From NCBI RefSeq assembly GCF_018977255.1, contig NW_024704742.1, positions 8,248,001 to 8,312,000 on the forward strand: 64,000 nucleotides of DNA, read 5' to 3'. This document shows positions 23,501 through 35,500 of the stretch, one piece after another. The position numbers and the translations under genes were made by a program. Under the pieces are notes generated by a model. That model was not told the DNA's origin and ran no database searches. It was given only the letters and a program-made list of their open reading frames with translations. Position 1 is the first letter of the stretch. The number at the start of each line of letters is the position of its first letter. Source of the stretch: Callorhinchus milii (taxonomy: Eukaryota).

Positions 23501-26500
23501 ATAGAAAGTACAGAGGAGAAATGAAAAACGAAAAAGAGGGTCAAAGAGATTGTATGAGAAAACATTAGCGAGCAACATAAAAGGGAACCCTAAGGTATTT
23601 TATAAGCATATAAAGAATAAAAGGTTAGTCAAAGTTGGGTCCAATTAGGGACCAATGAGGAAATCTTCTTGTGGAGGCAAAGGGATTGGCTGACGTCCTG
23701 AATGAGTACTTTGCACCTGTCTTCACAAAAGAAGAGGGTGCAGCCAATGCCATGGTATCAACAACAGCAAGATTAAATTTGTAAAGCGCCTTTCGTTTCA
23801 GGAGGACATCCCAAAGCGCTGGAGAGAGGATAGAGAAATTGGATAAGATAAAAATAAACCGGGGAAAGTACTAAAACGGTTGACGGTGCTCAAGGTAGAT
23901 AAGTCATCCGGTCCGGATGGGATGCATCCTAAGTTAGCACTGTGGGGAGGAAGGGTGGAAATAGCGGAGGCTCTGGTCACAATCTTTCAAACCTCCTTGG
24001 ACACCGGGGTGGTGTCAGAGGACTGGAGGGTTGCAAATGTTACTCCCCTGTACAAAAAGGGGCAGAAGAATAAACGCAGAAGCTACAGGCCAGTCAGCCC
24101 AACGTCAGTCGTGGAGAAACTTCTAGCGACTATAATCTGGGACAAAATAAATTTTCACTGATAAGTTTTTTTGGTGAAGTAACGGAGATGGTGGATGAAG
24201 ATAATGCAGTTGATGTAGTTTATATGGATTTTCAAAAAATGTTTGATGAAGTGTCACATAAGAGATTTGTAAGCAAAATAGAAGCCCACGGTATTAAAGG
24301 GACAGTGGCAGCGGATACAGAACTGGCTGGGAGACAGAAAACAGAGAGTGGTGGTGAACAGTTATTTTTGTGACCGGAGGGAAGTGTGCAGTGGTGTCCC
24401 CCAGGGTCAGCATTGGGACCACTGCTGTTTTTAATCTATATAAATGACCTGGACGTGGGTATAGGGAGATCAATATCCAAGTTTGCAGATGATACTAAGC
24501 TAGGAACAGTAGTAAATGGTGAGATAGTGGCAGACCGTAAGAAGACATAGACTGACTGGTAACATGGGCAGACACGTGGCAGATGAAGTTTAATGTGGAG
24601 AAATGCGGAGTGATGCATTTGGGGAGGAAGAATGAGGAGAGGCAATATAAGCTGATGGTACAATCTTAAAGGGGGGGAAGGAACAGAAGACCTGGGGTTC
24701 ATATAAGTAAATATTTGAAGGTGGCAGGACAGGTAGATAAAGCTGTTAAAAAAGCATACAGGTGCAAAGGAGATTTACTAGGATGGTACTAGGAATGAGG
24801 GACTTCAGTTATTAGGATAGGCTAGAGAAGCCGGGATTATTCTCCTTGGAGGAGAGGTTAAGAGTGGACTGAATAGAATTTTTTAAAATTATGCAGGGAT
24901 TCGATAGGGTGAAGAAACTATTCAAATTGGGGGTTGGGTCGGTAACCCGAAGACACTGATTTAAAATAGTTGTTAAACGAAACATTGGGGAGATGAGGAG
25001 AAATTTTTTCATACGAGTTGTTCAGATCTGGAATGCATTGTGTGAAAGGGTAGTGGAACCAGATTCGATAACAACTTTTAGGAGAGAATTAGATAATTAT
25101 TTGGGGAGGACACGTTTGCAGGGCTATGGAGAGAGAATGGGGGGGTGGGATTGATTTTGATAGCTCTTTTAAGAGAGCCGGCACAGACACAACAGACCAA
25201 ATGACCTCCTTCTGCGCTGTATAATTCTATGATTCTATGATTAGTGTGTGACTATGATCAGTGTTTAGTTCAGTGATTGTAATGAATGACTAATATGTGG
25301 CAGTAGTGTGTGGCTCAGTGTTAGTGTGTTATTGCTGTGCTGTACCTGAAGTGTTCCCTGTTACAGCTAGCTCTGGTGTAGTTGTGTCAGCTCTCCTGTC
25401 TGTTAAAAAGAGAAGCAGAAATGCCATTGTCTATATGGCTGACAAGAGTCTGAGAGAGAAAATCAGAGGGTGTGGTGGGTGGTTTGTGCCATAGCCAAGC
25501 CCTAACCTAATCTCTCTGGGTGAGAATCAGCTGCTATGCCCAACACAAGCTCTCATGTTTGGTCTACTTACATAATTCCAGTCACATTTACACTGCACCA
25601 CAATTGACACTTATACTGACCACCACTGACATACTAGGAGGCTGAAAGCCAAAGCCATAATGCGTAGGGTGGTCCTAGCTGGATAAGCAGCGGGAAAGCT
25701 TGCCAGACAGCGATATCAATGACAAGCTATGTAGTTTTAACTAGTTAGACTCCAGCAGTTACTACAACGCACTCTGGGGTCCGTCCCCAAGCCTTGGCTC
25801 TTGCCAAACTGCGCCTAATACTCTCCAGGATTCGGTAAGCAGGATGCATCCCTCTACGGAGAGAGTGCCAATTCCATTCCAACAATCTATCTCTGGGATT
25901 TTCATGTGCAGGTGGGATGAATGGAAATCTCAGATTGGTTGGATACTCTTGAGCACGGTGATGAGTTTCTGCATGTGTCAGACATCCAGCTGACTGCAAA
26001 AAAAAATTAAACATTGACATTTATACTGCACCACCATTTGTCCAAAATTATGAGTGTTTTGATAAAGAGTAATAGGGAGAAACTATTTCCTCTGGCGGGT
26101 GGATCGGGGGAATGGGTCGGAATGGATCAGCACAGGCACATGCTGTAAGATTCCATGATTCTATGAATTGACATTTATACATGTGGAAAGCCCTTCTCAG
26201 AGAACTTGAGCTGCTGACTTTGTGCTTTGTCACCGACCACCCCAGCTTCTTTAGCTCCGTCACAGAATGGATCAATGTCAAGTTCCTCACATTCCAACAA
26301 TGCCCTAGGACCTCCCTCATCTGCTTACAATACAGTCCTCAACCTGTCCCCTCCACTCAGCTGGCTCCAGCCGTCTGCATGTGCCCCGATGCCACCGTTC
26401 CACCATCTGGTAACTGCTTTCAGCCACTACGCCCCAAACCTCAGGAACTCCCTGTTTCAATCCCTCCACTAGCCCCCTCTTTACCCGTTTTCAGATCCCA

Positions 26501-29500
26501 CCTGAAGACTCTTTGATGGTTGGGTCACCACGCCTCTCTCCCTGGCTCAGCGTCAAACTCCACCATTGTTTAGCGCTCCAAGATCCTACTCTGCTTGAAG
26601 GGTACTATATCAATCAACTGATTGTATCTCATAACTACATCTTGTAATCACTGACTGCTTTGCCAGTGGGGATAGCTTCTCCCTATTCACTCTGTTAAAC
26701 CCTCACCATTGTGTCCACCTCTATCAGCTCCTTTCAACCTTCTCAGATCCAGTGAAAACAGACCCAACTTCCCTAATCTCTCCTCATCACTAAAGCGTCT
26801 CATCCCTGGGATCATTCTCATTATAGGGTATCAGGAGTTGCATGAAATGTTCGTAAGAATATTATGTCCTATCCTCCATAGGCTGCAGATCATCCAGAAA
26901 GATAATTGGCAAAATAACTAGAGGGGAGATGAAGAAACATTTTTTTACCCAGAGAGTTGTTATGGTCTGGAATGCACTGCCTGAAAGGGGAGTGGAAACA
27001 GATTCAATAACAACTTTCAAAAGGGAATTGGATAGGTACTTAAAAAGAAAATATTTGCAGAATTATAAGGTAAGAGCGGGGCAGTGGGATTAGTTGGATA
27101 GCTCTTTCAAAGAATGGCCTTCTTTCTGTCCTGTAAGATTCTATGATGCTATGCTCACCATCTCCCAGCCTGGTAATGGGTGCTTTATGATTGATTTCTG
27201 TTGTAGCTGATGTTCTGGATATCACTTCTGAAGGATCAGTTCTTAACTCTTCTGCTGTATTAAGAAAGAAATATTAAATAATAAGCCTTGCATTTGGTAT
27301 ATAATAATAATAATCCTTGCATTTGATATAGCGCTTTTCACGTCGGGAGGATGTCCCAAAGCGCTTCACAGAACACACTGTAAAGTGAATTGACTGTATA
27401 TTTGTGGGCGAACGCGGCAGCCAATTGCGCACAGCAATGTCCCACAAACAGTCGTAGATTGAAAATGACCAATTTATTATTGTTTTTGGTTTTGGAGGGA
27501 TTATTATTAGGCTCTGTGTGGAGTAAGGAAACTTGCCCAAGGTTTTGCCCTCTGCCTGGAATTGAACTCAGGTCTCTCACTTGCAAAGTGAGTGCTCTAA
27601 CCACTGAGCTACAGGACTCCAGTGCCTTATTGCATCTTCTAGACGTCTTAAAGCGCTTCACAGAATATACTGTAAAGTGAACTGACTGTGTATGTTTTGT
27701 GGCAGAAACACAGCAGCCAATTGCACACAGCAGTGTCCCACAAACAATCGTGGATTGAGTAACTAGTTTATTATTATTATTGTTTTGAAGGCAAAAGTGA
27801 TCCGTCAATCGACTAACAAGTGGGTTCCTACTTACTACTAGGTAAACAAGAGTTGTGTGGAGTAAGGTGACTTGCCCAACATTATGCCCTGCCCAGGAAT
27901 CAAACCCAGGTCCTCTCGCTTGCAAGGCGAGTGCTCTAACCATTAAACTACAAGACTCCATTAAACAAACCAAATAAGCATGGAATACACACACTCCAGT
28001 TAGCACACCATCTAAAACATTTTGTTTTGATCAGCCTGGTGTCTAGAATGGAATGTACCCTCTCCCCGAAGGAACACACCCTAATTCTGCATAGGTTGGA
28101 AAGAGCTGTCTACAGAATGTGCTGAAATTGAACTAGCTAAAAACCCCAAAGCTTGCCATTGAGAACACAATCTACCAAGTTTTCCCGCTACTTGTCCAGC
28201 TAGGACCGAGTTGTTCATTTGATACCTTAGCATGGGTTTGAGTCTCACGAGGTAGATGGCAGATACCAAGAACTCCCTGTGAGCTTCTGGGGAAACACTC
28301 AGCATGAAATGAGAGGATTGTCACTCGTGGAGCCCTGTAATGTTGTGGTTAGTGCACTTGCCTGGCAAGCGAGAGGACCTGGGTTTGATTCCCGGCAGGG
28401 CGAAACGTTAAGCAAGTTTCCGTAACCTACATGCCTCTGTTTACCTAGCAGTAAGTAGGAACCCAGTTGTCTATTGGCAGATCACTTTTCTGGGGGTAAT
28501 AATCCCTTCAAAACAATAATAATAATAATTTGGCCACTCAATCCGTCCATGGCTGCTGCATTTCGCCCACAAAATATACAGTGAATTCTACTTTACTGTA
28601 TACTGTGTGAAGTGCTTTGAGACGTCTCAAAGACGTGATAAGGCAATATATCAAAGGCAAGGATTATTATTATCTTTTCTACCATACATAACTTTTTTGT
28701 AGATAAATTCAGATTGCTGAATACAGAGGAACCAAAATCAGACTGAACTGAAGAATTGTGAACAATGCAAAGCTGCGCCAGTGACATTCTACCTTACCTG
28801 GCCACTCAGGGAACAGGAACCCATTGCTGCCTGATCCCTCTAAGGTGCAGTTAGGCAGAGCCCAGCCAGGATCACAGTGACACCGGTCATTGTTGTTACA
28901 CACCTAGAATAATAGAATAAAACACAGAGGTCGCTTCATACCCCGGCCATGAAACTCCCAGCTCTACGGAGGAAGAGAGGTCCCTCAGCTCTGCAACAAC
29001 AACAAATTACATTTATGTAGTGCCTGGCCATGAATATAATAATCATCCTTGCATTTCATGTAGCGCCTTATCATGACTTCGAGACATCTCAAACGCTTCA
29101 CAGAAGGTACTGTACCACTGTTGACTGCATATTTGTGAACGAAACGCAGCAGCCAATTGCGCATCAACATTCATGGATTGAGTGCCCACATAAGAATATA
29201 TATTTTTAAAAATTGTTTCTTTTGAAGGGAGTATTACCCCTGGAAAAGCGTTCAGTCAAAGGACTAGCAAACGGGTTCCTAGTCACTGCTAGGTAAAGGG
29301 GGGGGTGGAATGAAAGGGGGGGCAACGGGGAGCAGAGTGTAAGGGGGCGCGGAGTACAAGGGGGGGACAGAGTACAAGGGAGGTATGGAGGGCAAACGGG
29401 GTACGGAGGGCAAAGGGGGTGGAAGACATGGGAAGCGGAGGGCAAGGGGGTGGAGGACAAATAGGGGTAGAGGGCAAGATGGGGCAGAGGGTGAGGGAGT

Positions 29501-32500
29501 GTGGAGGGCAAATGGCGTGGAGGGCAAGATGGGGGAAGGCAAGGTGGGCAGAGGTCAAGAGGGGCGAAGGGCAAGGGAGGCAGAAGACAAGGGGGTTGGA
29601 GGGCATGAATGTAGAAGGCAAGGGTGGGTGGAGGGCAAGGGGGGGTGGAGGGCAAGGGGTGGTGGAGGGCAAGGGGGGTGGAGGGCAAGGGGTGGTGGAG
29701 GTAGGAAGAAGATCGAAGGCTCAGTCGAAGAGGAAGTTCTTGAGAAGAGTTTTCAGGGAAGAAGCAAGGGATAGGGTGAGGTGGAGGATTGCATTACAGA
29801 GGGTGGGGGCACAAAGGCAGAAGGCCTGACCTCTGATGTTGGCGCAGGTAAGGCGGGGGCCATGGAGCAGGCCAGTGGTTGCCCAGTAGGTCAGAGTTAG
29901 GGATGAGCAAGACTGTGGAGGGCTTTAAAGGTGAGGACAAGGATCTTGGAGTGCTGTAGCTCAGTGATTATAGCACTCGCCTGGCAAGTGAGAGACCTGG
30001 GTTCGATTCCCGGCAGGTCAGGGTGAAACCTTGGGCAAGTTTCCTTACTCCACACGCCTGATAATAATCCCTCAAGAAAAAAATAATAAATTGGTCACTT
30101 CAATCCACGACTGTTTGTGGGACACTGCTGTGCGCAAATGGCTGCCACGTTTCGCCCATAAAATAGTCAATTCACTTTACAGAATATTCTGTGAAGCGCT
30201 TTGAGACGTATAGAAGACGTGAAAAGCGCTATATCAAATGCAAGGATTATTATTATTGAACTCTATCCTCTGGGGGATGGGGATCCAGAGAACCGAGCAA
30301 TGATGGGGATGATGGGGTCACGGATCCTGGTGCAGAAGAGGACACAAGCTGCCGAATTCTGAATAATCTGCAGCTTGTGGAGGGAAGAGCTGGGGAGGCC
30401 TAGTTAACATAGTCGAGCCTGAGCGCAATGAAAACATGGATGAGGGTCTTGGAGGCCTGGGGTGAGAGGTAGTGGCAGAGACAGGCAATGTTGTAGAGGT
30501 AGGGAAGGAGAATGGGTCAGGGCATGGATGTGGGGTTTGAATCACAACTGAGGGACTGCTTGACTCGCTGAGATGGAGAGTGCATCCATCCATGGATAGT
30601 GTTGCTGTCAGTGCTTGAGGCGTGGAGCTGCTGACAGGAGCTCAGGTACAAAATCTTGAATGTCCAGCACCTTTGGACCTTCTCCTGATATGAAAGGTGC
30701 TGGATAAACATAATTTGTTGTTGTCGCTCAGCTCTTCAGAGGAAGAGACGTATCTCAGCTCTAGTGCTCAGCTATGTCTCAGTACTCACCCCATGGCCGC
30801 TGCAGTAAGCATGGCACTTGTTCACACTGAACACCCTGACATTGCGACACATACCTTTGAAGCACACCTGAGGAAAGAGATACAGTGATTACAGATTGTG
30901 TGGATTCAGACAGACAAGGTGATTGCATGGAGTATTTACTTAGTGTGTCTCATCAATAGCCTGGCTACAATCAGGAATTTGCCACAAAGGGAAGTTACAA
31001 GAATGTGAGGATCAGCTCATTGCGAAGCCTGAATCTGTAACCGATACAGAACGTTGTCATTACAACTTGCATTTATAGCGACCTTCACGCAGATAGTCCA
31101 GGGAGGTGCAAGGGCAGGAAGGGATTTGAAAATGAGTGAGAGGATCTTGAAATTGATCAGTTCAGTAATTGGGAGGCAGTGGAGCCTGGCGAGGACTGGT
31201 GTGATGGGGGTACGGAGATTTACCTTTGCTGAACCGCAAGGTGTACCAGATGCCACCATATCAATGCCTTCAATGTCGCCCATGAAATAGGTTCCATGGC
31301 ACTGAAAGTTCTTGCCTGTATTAGAAAAACGAGATACCACGGATACTGATCTTCCCCCAAGAATTAGTGATGCTCCTCTTTTACTGCACTGAAGTTTGCC
31401 ACATTTCACATCTCTGCAGGAAAATTGCAAATAATAGGTTTTAATAGAGAAAATATGGAGAAATTGTTTCCACTGGCAGGTGGGTTGGTAACCAGAGGAA
31501 CCAGTTTTAAGATAATTGGCAAAAGAACCAGCGGGGAGATGAGGGGAAATGCAGAGCTCCCGGGTAAGAGCAGGGGAGTGGGACTAGTTGGGGTAAGAAC
31601 AGAGGAGTGTGGCTAGTTGGGGTACGAGTGGGGGAATGGGACTAATTGGGGTAAGTGGGGGGAGAGTGAGCCTAGTTAGGGCAAGAGCCGGGGGAATGGG
31701 ACTAGTTGGTAGTTCTTTCAAAGAGCTAGCACAAGCACGATGGGCTGAATGCCCTCCTTTTGTGCTGTAAGATAATAATCCTTGCATTTGATATAGCGCC
31801 TTATATATTATTATCTTCAACCATGCCTTCCCCTCCCCTCCCTTCTCCCCCTGACCCCAACTCGGGGCTGACACTCTGTCCAGTGCCTTGGGACGTGCTC
31901 CCGACATGAAAGCGCTATGCAAATGCAATCTTGTTGATGTTACCATGTCTTCAAGGTGTCTCAAAGTGCTTCACAGAATATACAGCGTTTACCCTAGACT
32001 ATGCATTTAGGTTAAAAACATGTTCACGATGAGTAGAGTTTCTGAGGATGTGAACAGCACATGTGACATTGATAATTTATACCTTTTCTCCCTTAATTAA
32101 TGTAATTAATGCCCATATTGGTGGTAAGGCAACAACAATTTCCACTCATCGTGGAGTTCTGTAGCTCAGTGGTTAAAGCAGCTTCCCTCACAAGCGAAAG
32201 GACCGGAGTTCGATTCCCGGGCAGGGCGAAATCTTAGGCAAGTTTCCTTACTCCACACTCCTCTGTTTAACTAGCAGTAAATAGGAACCTGATTGTTAGT
32301 CGATTGGCCAATCGCTTTTCCGGGGGTAGCAATCCCTTCCAAAGAAAATATTTTTAAAAATTTGGTCAACTGCTGTGCGCAATTGGCTGCCGTGTTTTGC
32401 CCATAAAATACACAGTGAATTCACTTTATAGTATATTCTGTGAAGCTCGTTGAGATGTCTCGAAGATGTGATAAGGTACTGTATTAAATGCAAAAATTAT

Positions 32501-35500
32501 TATTATATCTACGGTTTACAAAGCCCAATATCTATTCAGTGATGCCACTACAGACGACACCTCTTCTCACACTCACTTTATTGGGCAGCTCACAAAGGAA
32601 CCATCATCCTTTCGCCCACAGTTTCCAAACTTGTTTCCTAATTTGTTCATGTACCAGTAGCAAATGAGGGGACTGGGAGTAGCATCTAAAGAGAGAGAAA
32701 GGAAGTAACTGGAGGAGAAACGAGTTACAGAGCAACATTTATATGGCGTCCTTCATCCCGTGCGCGTGTGCCCCTCAGTGTGCGTGCCCCTGAGTGTGCG
32801 CGCGCGCGCGCCCCTCAGTGCATGTATGTGTCTCTCACTGTGGGTTGGATACTCACTAGGTCCCCAGATATCCCTGCACTGGCTTTGCAGTGTGCGGCAG
32901 GCTCCATTGTAGCAGTAAGCATTTCCGTTGTCGCACGGATAAAAGTTCTTTTTGTACTGGTTGGTGGGACAGTGGGCCGAGGTTCCAGTGCAATACTCGG
33001 GGAAATCACACTCGCTGATTGGCTCCCTGCACACTCTGCGAGCTTTCACAAACTGTAAGCCGGGTTACACACACAATCACTAAATGCCATATTCACATAT
33101 CAACGTGCAATGAGGTAAAACGTGCCTTTTTTACCAGTCCTCGCCAGGCTCCACTGTCATCAAATGTAACGATCTCAAGATCCTCACTCGTTTTCAAATC
33201 ACTTCATGCCCTCGCATCTCCCTACCTCTCCAACCTGCTTACCCCCACTCCACCACCGCTGCCTCCGCCCAACTGGCTCCGGCCTCTTACTTGTCCCTCG
33301 TCCCATTTGCTCCCCACTCAGCGGCCATGCTTTCAGCCGCTATACCCCAAAATTCTGGAACGTGCTCCCTCAATCCCTCCGTCTTGCTCCTTCCCCTCCT
33401 TCTGTAGGGCCAGCAGTGAGGGGTACACAGGGCCAGCAGTGAGGGGTACACAGGGCCAGCAGTCAGGGGTACACAGGGCCAGCAGTCAGGGGTACACAGG
33501 TACAGCAGTGAGCGGTTCACACGGACAGCAGTGAGCGGTACACAGGGACAGCAGTGAACGGTACACAGGGACAGCAGTGAGCGGTACACAGGGACAGCAG
33601 TGAGCGGTACACAGCAATGAGCGGTACACAGAGACAGCAGTGAGGGGTACATAGGGACAGCAGTGAGCAGGGACAGCAGTGAGCGGTACACAGGGACAGC
33701 AGTGAGCAGGGACAGCAGTGAGCGGTACACAGGGACAGCAGTGAGCAGGGACAGCAGTGAGCGGTACACAGAGACGGCAGTGAGCAGGGGCAGCAGTGAG
33801 AGGTACACAGGGACAGCAGTGAGGGGTACATAGGGACAGCAGTGAGCAGGGAGAGCAGTGAGCGGGGAGAGCAGTGAGCGGGGTCTCTGGGCACATGTGT
33901 GTAGCACGGGAGGAGACAGAGAATTGTAAGAAAAGCTTACTTTGCAGTTTTTACAGCACACGTCATTTGAGGCACATTTTGCCCCAGGCCAGAGCTGACA
34001 AATAGCTGCCACACAGCAGGGATCGGTACATTCCTAAGGTATGAGCAGGAGATTGTTAGACACACACACATCCACAGGAACAGCCTTTCAATCAGTACTC
34101 AAAGCATGTGTCATCCTTGCTCACTTGGTAGAGTTCTCTCTCACTTCTGAGTCAGATCAAGATCCTCACTGACCTACAAATCACCTCCCTACCTCCCCAA
34201 CCTGCTTATGGCCATTCCCCTTCGCTCAGCCAGCTCGGGATCACTGGGGGTGCCCACATGCTTCCAGACACTATAATAGTCCTTGCATTTGATATAGCGC
34301 CTTATCACATCTTCGAGACAACAACAACAAATTACATTTGTATAGCGCCGAAAAGACCTCCCAGCGTGCTGGACAGTCAGAGTTTTTTGGACCTGAGCTT
34401 GAGAGTTGGGGCCAGGAGGGTTGGAGGGCAGGCGGGTTGGGGGTAAGAGAGTGGCCAAAGGCACGGTCGAAGAGGAAGGTCTTTAGATGAGACTTGAAGG
34501 AGGCTAGAAAGGCGTTGAGCTGGAGAGATTGCGGGATAGATTTCTAGAGTGTGGGGGAAAAGATGCTGAATGCCTGACCACCGATGGTGGGGTGGGAAGC
34601 GCGGGGGACCTGGAATAGCCTGTCCGCCGAGTGGAGGGAGTGGACAGGCTGATATGGGGTTAGGAGGTCGGATAGGTAGGGGGGAGCAAGACCGGGAAGG
34701 TGAAAACTATAGTTTTGTACTCGATTTTCTGAGGAATAGGGACCCAGTGAATTCGGTGAAGAACGGTGGTGATTGGTTCACAAAGCCTGGTTTGGGGGAG
34801 GACACGAGCTGCAGAGTTCTGAACAATCTGTGAAGGGAACAGTTGGGAAGTCCAGCGAGCAGGCAGTTGGCGTAGTCAAGCTGAGCGTGATGAAAGCAAG
34901 GATCAGGTCTCAGCGGCCTGCGGTGAGAGGCAGTGGTGGGCAATGTTGTGGAGGTGGGGAAAAGCGGAAAGGGAAGTTTTTTTTTAGGGTAGGCTGTCTT
35001 TAGGGGGACGGTACAGTGCCAGTGGACAGGGAGAGGTTAAACAAGGTCTGTTAGTGGGGGAGGGGGGCAAGGAGGTGGAGTTGGGAGGTTAGGAGAGGGA
35101 AGTCATGGAACCAGATGGTGGGTTTCATACGGAAAATGATGGAGGTGAGCGAAGAGGGAGAGACAGGGTCAAAAGTGGGGAGGGAGGGATGGGGTGAACA
35201 AGAGGTGGGAACTGGGTGGCGGTAGAGGGCGTAGAGGCAACAGAGCGCATCGCCTCGTCTTTGGACTCGAGAAAATCCATCGTCTCAAAGTGTTTCACAG
35301 TGCTGAAATCAGAGAGTGACTAATTCCCACAGACACACACCCGGCCTACCTCAGGCTTTCCACAGTCACACTCTTCCCCTGGATCCACATATAAGTTTCC
35401 ACATTTTCCTCGCACCAGCAATTCAGGGTCCGGCAGGTTAAACAGGCACATCCCAACACCTCGAGCCAGGCTGCGCTGCAGACTATCTCTGCTGCAGCTG

